DNA of 64,000 nucleotides from Planctomycetales bacterium (GCA_037441675.1 JBBIRS010000002.1:199249-263248); one strand, 5' to 3'; shown: positions 1 through 10,625, counted from the stretch's first letter. A program made the numbers and translations. The notes: generated by a model not told the origin, from the letters alone.

Positions 1-2695
1 TAATATTGCCGTTGGGGTCGATACTTATTAGGACAGCATCATTACCCCCTGCGCCGAAACTATTTGTTACACCTGAAATGTAGATATTACCAGAGCTACT
101 TAAAGACACTCCTGTTCCCCTTTCCTGGGAAGTTCCACCCCATGTTTTAGCCCAAATAATGTTGCCAGATGTGTCTAGCTTAATTACAAGAATTGAAGAA
201 CCACCAATACCGATAGATTGCGTCCCAACTGCGTATAAATATCCGTCATTTGATAACACTATATCGTCTATTTCCTCAACTATGAGTGGGCTTCCCCACT
301 CAGTTTCCCACCGAACTGCGCCGGTGGAGTCATAGCTAAGCACGAGGGCATCTATTACTCCAAGTCCAAAGGTTACAGTCCCACCTATATAAAGATTACC
401 CGATGTATCACTCTTAACACAACGGAATGAATCCGCAAATCCTGCGCTCCAAGTTTTTGCGAAGTCAAAATTTCCATCAAGGTCATATTTCATTAGCAGA
501 GCTTGCTGTCCAGGAACGTCACCGCTTTGCGTTTGCCCGACCAGGTAGAGCCATGAGGAACCTACAATACTTCCACCTAAAACCTGGTCCAAGAAGTTTC
601 CACCCCATGTTTTCGCCAATTGAAGAACGCCACTTCCGTCATACTTTAGAATGAGCACATCACCACCGTTTCCAAAGCTTGTCGTGTTTCCAAAAATGAA
701 AATGTTATCAGACTGGTCAACAGCAACTTGAACTGCACTCTCATCCGCTAATCCTCCCCAGGAACGAACAACTGATGCCGGCGTCGCAACAAAATCTTGC
801 CCAGTTACGTCTGTCCCAGATACATCTACCGATCTGGAAACTGGCTCAAAAGTGTAGCCACCCTTGGATGGCGTTAGCGTATAGCTTCCATTGGGAACGG
901 TGAAAATGGTGTAACTACCATTCACGCCTGTAACTGCAAAATACCCCCCAGGCTCAAGAGACATAATCACGCCTTGCACACCCACACCAACCTGATTCAC
1001 CACAGTTCCAGAAACATTGTATGTTGGTGGTGGAGGAGTGGTAACAGTTATTCGCCTTGAAGCGATGCTTGATAGCCCTTCAGCATCGGTCACGCGAACT
1101 CTAACGTCATAGATTCCCACAACGTTATACGTGTGTTGACTGGTAGGAGTTAAACCCGAGTTAAAATCCCAAACTCCGTCTCCCTCCCAGTCCCATTCAT
1201 AGCTAGCGATGTTACCGTCTGGGTCTGTGCTAGCGGAAGCATCAAAATTCACACTTAACGGCACATCGCCAATTTCAGGATTTGCGGAAAGTCTTGCAGT
1301 GGGAGGACGGTTTGGTGATTGCGCTACTGAGATAGTCACTGTGTCAGATGCCTGCAATCCTCCATTATCAAAAACTGTGACACTTGCGTTAAAGTCTCCG
1401 CCAACGTTGTACACAAAGGTTCTACGTGGGACGCCAGTCGTTGCGTCAACTGTGCCATCACCATCAAAATCCCACTCGTAAAGCACAATGATGCCATCTG
1501 GATCTCTACTTGTGCTTGCGTCGAAATCAACGCTAAGTGGTGTCGCACCGGAGAGAGGATTTGCGCTTAGACTAGCTATAGGTGGAATGTTGTCTCCACC
1601 GGGATTTATGGCTGTGATGGTCACTTGCGCTTGCGCCGAAGCTCCAAGATTGTCTACAACCGTTACTACTGCCCGAAATGTTCCTGCAGTGTTATAGGTG
1701 AAAGATGTTGTCGCATCCCCTGCGCTTCTATCCATCGTGCCATCTCCATTAAAATCCCATTGATATAGAATTATCTGACCATCAGAATCACTACTGCCTG
1801 ATGCGTCAAAATCAACTGTTAATGGAACATTTCCGCTGGTAGGATTGGCATTTAATGATGCAGTTGGAGCCTGATTTAGTTCAATAATGTTAGATAAATC
1901 GCCTAAGTTATCACTATCATCGTAAGCTCTAACCGCGACAAACCGATATGGGAATGAGGCAAGTTCAAAGGAGAAAGTTTTAAGCTCACCGGGGGAAGGA
2001 GGGCTGAATTCAACTCGACCCACCTCCGTAAAGGCTTCTGGGGCATTCTCGTTTGCGCCTAAGACGATGTATCCTGCTACGCGGCTAAAAAAGCCACTCG
2101 CAATCGTTGCAACATCCCTTATATCAATGCTATCATCACCGTTGCCGTCAATTGCTTCATCCACTGCGTGTTCCCACTGCCCATCAACTTTTGCCTCAAA
2201 AAAGTGCTGCGTCAAAGGCGCAACGTCTGCAATGCTTACCACACCGTCCTGGTTATAATCCCCTCTATTCTTGTAACTCCAAGAGATAGAAATTGGATTA
2301 CCGCCAGAAAGACTCAAGTCATTAATGGCATTTTCGTTACCGGAAGGAACCTTGCCAACGAACTTAAAACCCTCTAATGAAGAACCGCTAGGAATGGTTT
2401 TGGTTCTTGCTTCAGCTTCTCCAAGCAACAAAGTTTCAAGCTCGCTCTTAATAATTGAAAAAAGAGCATCATCAACTTCAGGCGGTGCCTTTAGGGTTGA
2501 AAGTTCCGCCAATGCATCTTCAAGCAAAACTTCATCCTTAGAATCTAAAGCTGAAATAGGGCTTGTATTAACAGGGCTAGGCTTGCGAGAACTTCTACTC
2601 TCGCTCCCAGTAAAATCAATACCCCTTCCACCACAGGAGCTAATCGTGTAGATAATAAGAAAATACAAGATAGACCTTAAGCCTATCTTTTTCAT
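1..2695 (-). CDS. Large surface lipoprotein, open off the left edge: helical module, dockerin-like Ca-binding pair, 3x PKD, carboxypeptidase-regulatory-like Ig domain, beta-propeller repeats
   Basis: Not in ORF track (no stop in window). Manual translation from ATG 2695: MKKIGLRSILYFLIIYTISSC-GGRG (lipobox), GDYNQDGVVSIADV and IDGNGDDSIDIRDV, three PKD units (VDFDASxSxDxDG..YxWDFxGDG), YTLTPSKGGYTFEP, then xKTWGG propeller repeats. Frame checked at 142, 607 and 1219. Confidence 0.85.
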   Translation of the reverse strand, partial: MKKIGLRSILYFLIIYTISSCGGRGIDFTGSESRSSRKPSPVNTSPISALDSKDEVLLEDALAELSTLKAPPEVDDALFSIIKSELETLLLGEAEARTKTIPSGSSLEGFKFVGKVPSGNENAINDLSLSGGNPISISWSYKNRGDYNQDGVVSIADVAPLTQHFFEAKVDGQWEHAVDEAIDGNGDDSIDIRDVATIASGFFSRVAGYIVLGANENAPEAFTEVGRVEFSPPSPGELKTFSFELASFPYRFVAVRAYDDSDNLGDLSNIIELNQAPTASLNANPTSGNVPLTVDFDASGSSDSDGQIILYQWDFNGDGTMDRSAGDATTSFTYNTAGTFRAVVTVVDNLGASAQAQVTITAINPGGDNIPPIASLSANPLSGATPLSVDFDASTSRDPDGIIVLYEWDFDGDGTVDATTGVPRRTFVYNVGGDFNASVTVFDNGGLQASDTVTISVAQSPNRPPTARLSANPEIGDVPLSVNFDASASTDPDGNIASYEWDWEGDGVWDFNSGLTPTSQHTYNVVGIYDVRVRVTDAEGLSSIASRRITVTTPPPPTYNVSGTVVNQVGVGVQGVIMSLEPGGYFAVTGVNGSYTIFTVPNGSYTLTPSKGGYTFEPVSRSVDVSGTDVTGQDFVATPASVVRSWGGLADESAVQVAVDQSDNIFIFGNTTSFGNGGDVLILKYDGSGVLQLAKTWGGNFLDQVLGGSIVGSSWLYLVGQTQSGDVPGQQALLMKYDLDGNFDFAKTWSAGFADSFRCVKSDTSGNLYIGGTVTFGLGVIDALVLSYDSTGAVRWETEWGSPLIVEEIDDIVLSNDGYLYAVGTQSIGIGGSSILVIKLDTSGNIIWAKTWGGTSQERGTGVSLSSSGNIYISGVTNSFGAGGNDAVLISIDPNGNI

Positions 2696-2806
2696 CCCTA
2701 AAAAACTTCTTCTCACCCAACAATTCTTATCCTTTCCGGCTATCATTAACATATTCTCTAAGTTTTCTAATTTTATTCAATTACATAAAGTAATAAGGCA
2801 GGATTA

Positions 2807-3856
2807 TTATTCCTTTTCTTCGGGTTTTGAAACAATTCCCTCAGTTTCAACCTGTATGGGACCTTTTCCTTTCTCCTTAATTGACTGCCATTCAATATAA
2901 GCAAGAATATCCGCAAGTTCCTGGTCGGTTAGTCTGTCAAGAGGGAAAAATGGCATTTTCCCATATTTTAGCGAAGGCTGAACATGCTGAGATTCAGAGT
3001 TCAGGGTCGGAACCTCTTCACTCTCTTCTGCGATACTCTCTACATTTTCAGTTCCACTCAGAATAGAGTCCTTGCCAGCAGATGAAGGTCTTTCTTGGTC
3101 AATTGGTCGCGATGAATTGTCACCAGCCTTAGAATTCAAGCCTTCATCAAGTGCAGACGCAGTAAGCTCAGATTTTACTCCTCTAACCTTTTTAAAAATG
3201 AATTTTAAGTCTGTCTCCTCATCAAAGTTTAGAACTGGCGCGGAACCATTCTCTCTGTGGCACAGAATACATGCGGACTGATACAGTTTTTCGCCTCTTC
3301 TCGCATCTCCTGCTTCCGAAGGGAATTGCTCCTGTTTTTCGATAACAACCGCGGGTGAGTGAGCTTCTGGACTAATGCTCTCCAAATAAGAAAAAAGCGC
3401 GGTCATATTCGGGTCATTCGCATCAAGGGGCTCAACTTCAAGCCAAGCAACTAAGCAGGTGTTGATAGCTCTTATTAATGCATCACCATTTTTGCCTTTG
3501 TAAGCGCCATTGAAGTAGCTTTCCCGAGAGAAGGAGTTCCAAAGAGAATGGGCAGGTCTTAGATAGCCATCTGTTAGCTCCTCCTCATCAAAATTTGCGT
3601 GGCAATAAATGCAAGCGTAAGCGGTATTTCCAAAGGAAGAGTAAAATAGGCGCTTCCCGTCAAGGACTACCTGCGCTTTGTTATCAGACTCAGCAAAAGT
3701 TTCACTTGGTTGACTTGCATCTGAGGGGGAATGAACTTGCTCAGGCACATCAGCGCTTGCGGATAATGTTTGTTTAAGAAGCCCTGGCGCGCTAAAGCGT
3801 ATGACAAACACCGCAATGGCAACTAATAACAAGAGTAGTCTATGTCTTCTTGCCAA
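2807..3856 (-). CDS. Diheme c-type cytochrome with TsdA/SoxA-like architecture
   Basis: N-terminal hydrophobic anchor; CIYCH and CILCH; AINTC after heme 1; GEKLY..C..CH and MP..LTDQELADILAYI class I cytochrome c tail. Confidence 0.8.
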   Translation of the reverse strand: MARRHRLLLLLVAIAVFVIRFSAPGLLKQTLSASADVPEQVHSPSDASQPSETFAESDNKAQVVLDGKRLFYSSFGNTAYACIYCHANFDEEELTDGYLRPAHSLWNSFSRESYFNGAYKGKNGDALIRAINTCLVAWLEVEPLDANDPNMTALFSYLESISPEAHSPAVVIEKQEQFPSEAGDARRGEKLYQSACILCHRENGSAPVLNFDEETDLKFIFKKVRGVKSELTASALDEGLNSKAGDNSSRPIDQERPSSAGKDSILSGTENVESIAEESEEVPTLNSESQHVQPSLKYGKMPFFPLDRLTDQELADILAYIEWQSIKEKGKGPIQVETEGIVSKPEEKE

Positions 3857-4023
3857 TTCTCATCTCCCACAATGAATTGTAACATAGGTAATGAAATAAT
3901 AGCGCAAATTTTTCTGATGAGATATTGTAAGGCTCTGCAAGGATGAATGAAGTTTGTAAAGGCTAGGTGAGGGAACCTGAGGATTGTAAGTATCAGGGAG
4001 AAATCACTCCGCTGGAAAGGTAG

Positions 4024-4177
4024 TGTAGGGCGACCACCTGTGGGTCGCGGTCGCCTCATTCAGACTGTAGGGCGGGGTTTTATACCCCGCCGAATTAGGA
4101 GTCATACAAGTTGACGCCCCGCCTATTGCGGGCAAGCTTAAAGGGAATCTCGGCGCGATACAAGTTCGCGCCCTGCA
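4024..4177. repeat. REP-like palindrome cluster (GTAG type)
   Basis: tgtagggcgacc...ggtcgcc; tgtagggcgggg-tttttata-ccccgcc; ggcgcgatacaagttcgcgccctgca. Matches elements at 17672-17729 (reverse strand) and 58506-58563. Confidence 0.8.
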
Positions 4178-4200
4178 ACTCTACCGACTGATGCTAACTC

Positions 4201-6824
4201 CTAATAGAAAATGGCAAACTTGAGATTACCGTTTGTATAGTCAGAGTAGCTAATTGCGGGATTTCCGTTAACTACCGCAAGTGAGGTGTACTCGCCCACA
4301 TCACCAGCGCTATCAACGGTAACGATGTGCCACGCCATGTTCACGGTTATTGGCACGTAGTCAGTATCTGTTGAGCCATCGTCGTCGGTGATGCGGACGG
4401 TGGCGTTGTAGGTTCCACCGCTGTTGTAAGTGAATTGGACTGTGGAGTCGATGCCTGAATCGTAGTCGTAAGTCCCATCACCGTTCCAATCCCATTCAAA
4501 CTTGGTGATGCTTCCACCGTCGGGGTCGTAACTTCCCGAAGCGTCAAAGTTTACCGTCAGGGGAGCATCACCAACCGTTGGACTGGCGGAAACAGACGCG
4601 ATGGGTGGTTGATTCGTGGCGTAACCAGTATCAGGTGAGCTCCTCGGTCCTTCCCCGTCAGGCACTAGAGCTGAGACTTCATAGATAAAGGTAACGTCAT
4701 TGGTTACTGTATCGTTGAAAATAGTTGTGGGCGCAGAAACTGTCCCACGCTCCGAACCATCGCGATAAATCTTGTATCCGCTTGCCTGAGGAACCGCCTG
4801 CCAGCTGACAGTGATTATCTTGCTCTGGGTTCCATCGGATGCGGAGACGCCCCGCGGGACGCCAATCGCCCGCCAACCCTCCGCACCAGAGCTTCTCTCG
4901 CTTCGCTCACTATCAGGTCCCGAATGAAGCGCTTCTACAAAGTAGAAGTAGTGAACACCACTAGTTCCACTCCAGCCCGCGGTGGTGTCATCATAGCTAT
5001 TGCTTGGCGCTGGAACTTCAGTAATCTTTACCGCATCGCTTCCATTTGCGAGGCTTTCCCGGTAAATCCAATACCGAGTCGCATTATTCACCGCATTCCA
5101 GCTCACTCGGACATTCAGCGCATCAGTCCCCTGAGTAGCAGTAACTCCAGTTGGAGTTGAAAGACTGCGATGCCCATAATCTCCCATTCCTCGTGGCTGT
5201 TCAACTCCAGAAATAACCGCCGAGACTGAGTAAAACCTTGGCGTATTCCATGGAGCGGTGGTATCGGAGAAGGTTCGTGTCGGTGCATCTACCTCGCCGA
5301 TATTCTCAGGGCTCGCATCATTCTCATCAAGTCCGCGGTAAATAATGTACCTTTCCGCCAAAGGCTCCTCGCCCCAGGTTAGCTCAACTCTATCAGGAAA
5401 TGTCCCATCACTAGCGATAACCTGACCCTGCCCGAGACTCGACCTCATTCCCTTAGCAGGCTGGCTGAGTGGACTGTCAATGTCCTCGCCAATCGCCTGC
5501 ACAAAATACCACATCGGAACGCCAAACGGTGGCTCCGTATCAGCATAACTTGTATCAGCGGAGGGAAGCTCAACTATGAGCTGAGGCTCGTCTGTCTCGC
5601 TTTCCGCTCGATAAAGCCGATATCCAGTCGCACCCTCAACCGTACTCCATTGAACGAGGATTAAATCCTCATATGTTCCATCAGAAGCACTGACACTAGG
5701 CACCGCAAGCAGGCGCGTTCCCAAAATGTTACTAATTCCACCAAAGCCCGCATCGTTCCTTGCGCGAACCCCATAACGATATGTCTTGCCCGGCGTCCCT
5801 GATGTGTCCTTATAGGTCACAGTCGGCGCATTGATTCCAGCAAGAAGTGTCGGCGAATCCTCTGTATCTGGGTCTGCCCGCAAAACTTGATAGAGAAATG
5901 TGTCAGGGTCAGGGTTGTTATCCCAAGAGAGAGACACGCCCGAAGTATCCTCGCTAACCAGCAAGCCGGTAACAATCGCGGGCTCGGTTCTATACCGATA
6001 GCAACATCCGTTATCACCGCCTCAACGGTCACGCCACCTGGGTCCTCCTCCGCCTGAAAAACTCTGCGAAGTAAAGACCCAGACTTAGGAACAATCGAAA
6101 ATTCCGCCACAATTCCATCGGGAGTCATCGCTGAAGTCATCCTTGCGCTACCCTCATTCACCGCAAGAACAGTAATGTAATAGCGATTTCCAAAAGACTT
6201 GAATCGGGTTTTCAGGGTTTCCGACCTCACTTGAATTAGCACATCAACATCGGTAAATGGTCCAAACCATCGCCAAGAACCAACGGAGTAATCCGCCAGT
6301 CCCACAAAATACGCAAGCGGAACATCCTCATCCCGCCCGCCTCCATACCTCGCCTCCAGCGTGTCAATCAGCGTTCGCAAAGGTTTCGGCTCAGCTCCAA
6401 TATCCTGCCCATACATCACATAGGAATACTCCCCAACCTCGTATGCCCGCAGGCTCACCCTCGTCCCTTCAACCTCTATCGCATATTCACGCTCGCTCGT
6501 CGTTCCAGTTCCGCCGGAAAGAATATCCGAGCCAAGGGTCATCACCTGCATTCCTTGAGACACGTTTCTCACCTTGTCCGAAAAGAGAGAATCAAGAGAA
6601 AGCACATCAGGCAGAGGTCCTGAGGAAGGTTTTTCTTGGGAAGCTGGCGGACTTGCGTTGCCCGCGCCAGCAGGCGTAAGCTAGAGTGCGGTAGGTCCTT
6701 TCCCTCCACCTCCCCCACAAGTGCTAGTTACTAGCGTAGTAAAAAGCAGACAAGTCAATAAACTAAAAGCCCTTCTTAATCCCGCCAATTCATAGCCAAC
6801 TTTCCATTCTGTTTCAATCCTCAT
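4201..6824 (-). pseudogene. Disrupted lipoprotein with ~5 FN3-like repeats, PKD and a single propeller blade
   Basis: ATG 6824 ...LVTSTC-GGGGG lipobox; in-frame TAG at 6681-6683; continues into ORF 5817-6605; frameshift near 5985 joins ORF 4201-5964 (repeats of ASDGT...V.W..V..A..Y.IYR, then PKD). Confidence 0.8.
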
Positions 6825-6839
6825 TTGTCATCATTCTCC

Positions 6840-7929
6840 TCACTGAGGCAACTCCTGCCTCACTCTAAAGTAAAGCTTATTTGATTCAATGGGCGCAACC
6901 GCACCTTTCTTGGCAATTATCCAGAAATCTCCCGCGAGCGCATTGTCAACCGTTAGTGCTCGAGGAACAGCCGCGGAAAAAGTCAAAAATGCAGGCGGAA
7001 AATTCTCAAAGAACACGTCCGCGCTAACATCATTTCCCAGCGGGTCCTCCACGATAAGGTTATATGTAGAACTAACTTCTACGACTAAGGGGTCCTCATT
7101 TGTGCCAGTTCCACCAAGTGGAGGTGTGGCTTGTCGGTCGACGCGCAGGCTAAGTGGTGTGGTGAAAAAGCGGACGAGTTTGCTTTCGTCGCCATACTCG
7201 TTCTCAGCTGAATAGGGCCGAACGCGGTAAATCCCCATCTCAACTGGTTCGGTAAGTTCGTAGGAAAAAGCCTTCCAGCCCGAGCCTTCCTTGTCAAAGG
7301 ATGAAGTAATGGGAATTCTTGTTACTTCCTGCCACGAAAGTGCCTCATCAGACGAAACTTCAATAACATATCCGGTAACTTTGGAAAAGAAATTCACCGC
7401 AAGAGGTTGAACGTCCTGAATATTGATGACGACATCCATGTTGCCATCAATCACTATATCTAACTCATCCGTGGACGTTCCACCAAGCGCTTCGGAAGTG
7501 TGCCGAAAATGTAGCGCCAGTGGACGAACATCCTGAATGTCTACTCTGCCGTCCTGATTGTAATCACCGATGTTCTTGTAGCGCCATTCAAGTTGAAAAG
7601 TGCCTTCTACGTTAACAACAGCCAAATCTTCAACTTTATTCTGGGCACCGAGTGGAACGCGCGAAGAAAATTTTGATTCCCCAGATAAGATCAGTGCATC
7701 TTGAAGTGCTAACTGAATGTGTGCGAATTCGGAAGATTCAACATTTTCTGGAGAGGTCAGCGCCCATATTTCGTTAATAGCAGCAGAAAGCGCTATATCA
7801 TCGGGCGAATTAGTTTGCATATTAGGGTCTGGGATTAAAGGTTCTTTAAGTGAACCCCTGAACCTGTCATCGCCACCTCCACAGGAAAAAAAGGAGAACT
7901 ACCCCAATAAAAAGTAAAATCATTCTCAT
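6840..7929 (-). pseudogene. Dockerin-like-motif lipoprotein paralog, frameshifted in its signal peptide
   Basis: RBS GGAGG upstream of ATG 7929 (MRMILLFIGVVLLF). Removing one base from the 7-nt homopolymer at 7886-7892 gives LLFSC-GGGD in frame with ORF 6840-7820, which carries GDYNQDGRVDIQDV and IDGNMDVVINIQDV. Confidence 0.75.
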
Positions 7930-8106
7930 TTCTCCGCCTCCCTAAAAGGTTACTGGCGCCCCGTTGACTTAATTATTATAACATGTAATTAATAATTAGC
8001 AATTTTATGAGAATTTTATTCATTACGAGAGAACCTAAGTTTCGGCGTGAGGAACACTTGAAACGGTAAAAAATCAAGCAAAGGCAATAATCGGTATAAT
8101 TTGTTA

Positions 8107-8559
8107 ATGACCGAGATGAGGATAAACTCAACTGCATTTCAAGATGGGGAAATGATACCCGCTAGATACACTGCGGATGGTGAGGATGTCAACCCGCCTC
8201 TGGAAATAACAGGCGTTCCTGATGATGCAAAGAGCCTTGTTCTCATTATGGATGACCCGGATGCGCCGGTGGGAGTTTGGGACCACTGGATTGTTTTCAA
8301 CATTTCACCAAGTATTGGCGAGATTTCTGAAAACTCAACACCAGAAGGTGGACTTCTCGGCAGAAACAGCTGGGGAAGGACAAGCTACGGCGGTCCCGCT
8401 CCGCCCTCAGGCGTCCATCGGTACTTCTTCAAGCTCTACGCTTTGGACACGACGCTTAATTTGTCCGCTGGTGCCACAAAGGCACAAATTGAATCCGCAA
8501 TGAAGGGTCACATCCTCGAGGAAGCTCAACTGATGGGCAAATACACGCGGAGAAGGTAG
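8107..8559 (+). CDS. YbhB/YbcL family (PEBP/RKIP-like) protein, cytoplasmic
   Basis: DDPDAP, WDHWIVFNI and YGGPAPPSGVHRYFFKLYALD motifs. Start codon choice (8101/8107/8116) uncertain. Confidence 0.93.
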   Translation: MTEMRINSTAFQDGEMIPARYTADGEDVNPPLEITGVPDDAKSLVLIMDDPDAPVGVWDHWIVFNISPSIGEISENSTPEGGLLGRNSWGRTSYGGPAPPSGVHRYFFKLYALDTTLNLSAGATKAQIESAMKGHILEEAQLMGKYTRRR

Positions 8560-8648
8560 ATTGGTATCTTACTATCAGCTTTATTCTTATCCCTCCCTGG
8601 AAGAACAGATGTAGACTCGGGCTCCCAATGAATACTATAATCTGATTT

Positions 8649-9647
8649 ATGATCATTGCGATAACGGGAACGAATGCGGCGGGTAAGGATACCGCGGCGG
8701 AATATCTTGTGAAGAAGGGCTTTACCCACTTTTCGCTCTCGGATGAGCTAAGAGAAATAGCGCGGGAGCGTGGGCTTGAACCGACACGGGAAAATCTCAT
8801 CGCCCTGGGAAACGAGCTTAGGAGGCTTTATGGGACTTCATTTCTCACTAAGCGCATTCTGGAAAAGGCAAGCGGGACAACCCATATTGTCCTTTCCAGT
8901 GTGAGAAACCCTGGCGAGCTTGAGCCTGTAAAGAATACTGATGGCTTCCGCCTTATCGCTATTGATGCTCCCTCACAAGTTCGCTACGAGCGCGCAAAGG
9001 CGCGTGGTAGAATTAGCGAAAATGTAAGCCTTGAAAGTTTCATCCAGATGGATGCGGAAGAGATGCACGGAGGAGACACTGAACAAAATCTCGCAAGACT
9101 GATTGACATTGCGGATTTCAAGATAGTGAATGATGGAAGTTTTAATGAGCTTTACAAAAAGCTTGATGACGCTGTTGGTCCTCTTGCTAAGCCAAAGCGC
9201 GCCAGTTGGGATGAATACTTCATGAACATCGCCAAGCAGGTCGCCACACGCTCCACCTGTGATAGAAAACGCTGCGGTGCGGTTATAGTTAGGGATAGAG
9301 TCATTCTTTCCACGGGGTATAACGGTAGCATTATCGGACTTCCCCATTGCGATGACGTGGGACATATGATTGAAAACGGGCATTGCGTGAGAACTGTTCA
9401 CGCCGAGATGAACGCAGTCGCGCAGGCAGCTAAGAATGGCGTTAATATCAACGGATCAACCATTTACATTACTGCCAGCCCTTGCTGGATTTGCTTCAAG
9501 CTCCTCTGTAACGCTGGTATCAAGCGCATCTGCTATGGCGAATTTTACAGAGATGATCGCATCTTTGAGGCAGCAAGGCAGGCAGGCGTGGAACTTGTGG
9601 ATTTGTCACACACTCTCGCGGCAAACGAAAAAAAACTCAATCACTAA
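8649..9647 (+). CDS. P-loop nucleotide-kinase-like domain fused to dCMP deaminase
   Basis: N-terminal GTNAAGKDT P-loop; C-terminal WDEYFM..A..RSTC, TGYNG, HAE and PCWIC zinc deaminase motifs. Confidence 0.9.
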   Translation: MIIAITGTNAAGKDTAAEYLVKKGFTHFSLSDELREIARERGLEPTRENLIALGNELRRLYGTSFLTKRILEKASGTTHIVLSSVRNPGELEPVKNTDGFRLIAIDAPSQVRYERAKARGRISENVSLESFIQMDAEEMHGGDTEQNLARLIDIADFKIVNDGSFNELYKKLDDAVGPLAKPKRASWDEYFMNIAKQVATRSTCDRKRCGAVIVRDRVILSTGYNGSIIGLPHCDDVGHMIENGHCVRTVHAEMNAVAQAAKNGVNINGSTIYITASPCWICFKLLCNAGIKRICYGEFYRDDRIFEAARQAGVELVDLSHTLAANEKKLNH

Positions 9648-9649
9648 AG

Positions 9650-10396
9650 CTATGTATCTTCACCCTTATACCCGGAGAAGGATTCAACCTTTATATCCTG
9701 CGGCGAAATGCCCATTCCAAAAAGAAGCTTCATCATAGATCGAACCATATCCGGAGTTCCGCAGATGTAGAATATTGTTCTCCTGATATCCGAGATGTGC
9801 TCGTAAATTAAACTTTCGTCAATTCTTCCTACCCTTCCTCTCCAATGTGAGCTTGCTCCTTCCGGGCGAGTTATTGTAAATATTGCCTTGAAATCTAGAA
9901 TTTTGTCACAGAATTCATCCCAATCTTTCTTGTAAAGAATTTCTTCCGGGGTTCGGGCGGAATATAGTAATGTAACTTTGTATGGCAGAGAGTTGTCCGC
10001 GATATACTTTAGCATTCCCCTATATGGTGTGACTCCAATCCCACCGGCAATAAAGATGAGTGGATGGCTCGTTTCATCTGGCAAGGTGAAATCGCCGTGG
10101 GGACCTTCTCCCAAAATTTTCTCGCCAGCGCTGAGTGAATTTATGCGACTTTTGAACTCGCTCCCTGTAAGCATTCTCATCGTGAAAAGAAGATAATTTT
10201 CTGTTGGAGAAGATGCGATAGAAAATTCCCTTGATAATGAATCAGTCCCAAATGGTTCTAATAAAATTTTAAGCACTTGACCTGGCTTGTAGGTAAATAA
10301 ATTATCAGAAAATGAAAAGTAGAACGACTTAATGTCTTTCGTTTCAGAAACTGATCTAAGAAATGTGAGTTCATGTTTTGCTAGCCCACTACTCAT
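9650..10396 (-). CDS. FNR-like FAD/NAD(P)-binding oxidoreductase
   Basis: REFSIASSP, GPHGDF, FIAGGIGVTP and FYICG motifs; ESF near the C-terminus. Confidence 0.92.
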   Translation of the reverse strand: MSSGLAKHELTFLRSVSETKDIKSFYFSFSDNLFTYKPGQVLKILLEPFGTDSLSREFSIASSPTENYLLFTMRMLTGSEFKSRINSLSAGEKILGEGPHGDFTLPDETSHPLIFIAGGIGVTPYRGMLKYIADNSLPYKVTLLYSARTPEEILYKKDWDEFCDKILDFKAIFTITRPEGASSHWRGRVGRIDESLIYEHISDIRRTIFYICGTPDMVRSMMKLLFGMGISPQDIKVESFSGYKGEDT

Positions 10397-10625
10397 AAAT
10401 ATAACTATCTGAAAGATAAGGAAACATTATTTCACAACTTAACTTTTTTTCAGAAAATACAATATTCATTAGGATGGAATTATATTTATTAGGATTGTTC
10501 TTCCTATTATCGTATACCTATCAAGGGCAATGTGGCTTTCACTTTTGAACCAAGCAGCGATTAGCATTTCTTAGGCTTTTATAGCCCTTGAATAAAAGTC
10601 AAAAGTGTAAAATAATCAGAAAAGG

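Noticed and set aside
427..2651. Plus-strand ORFs such as 1209-1481, 1488-1697 and 2325-2651
   Set aside because: Antisense shadows of the long minus-strand lipoprotein. The same applies to most short ORFs overlapping real genes across the window.
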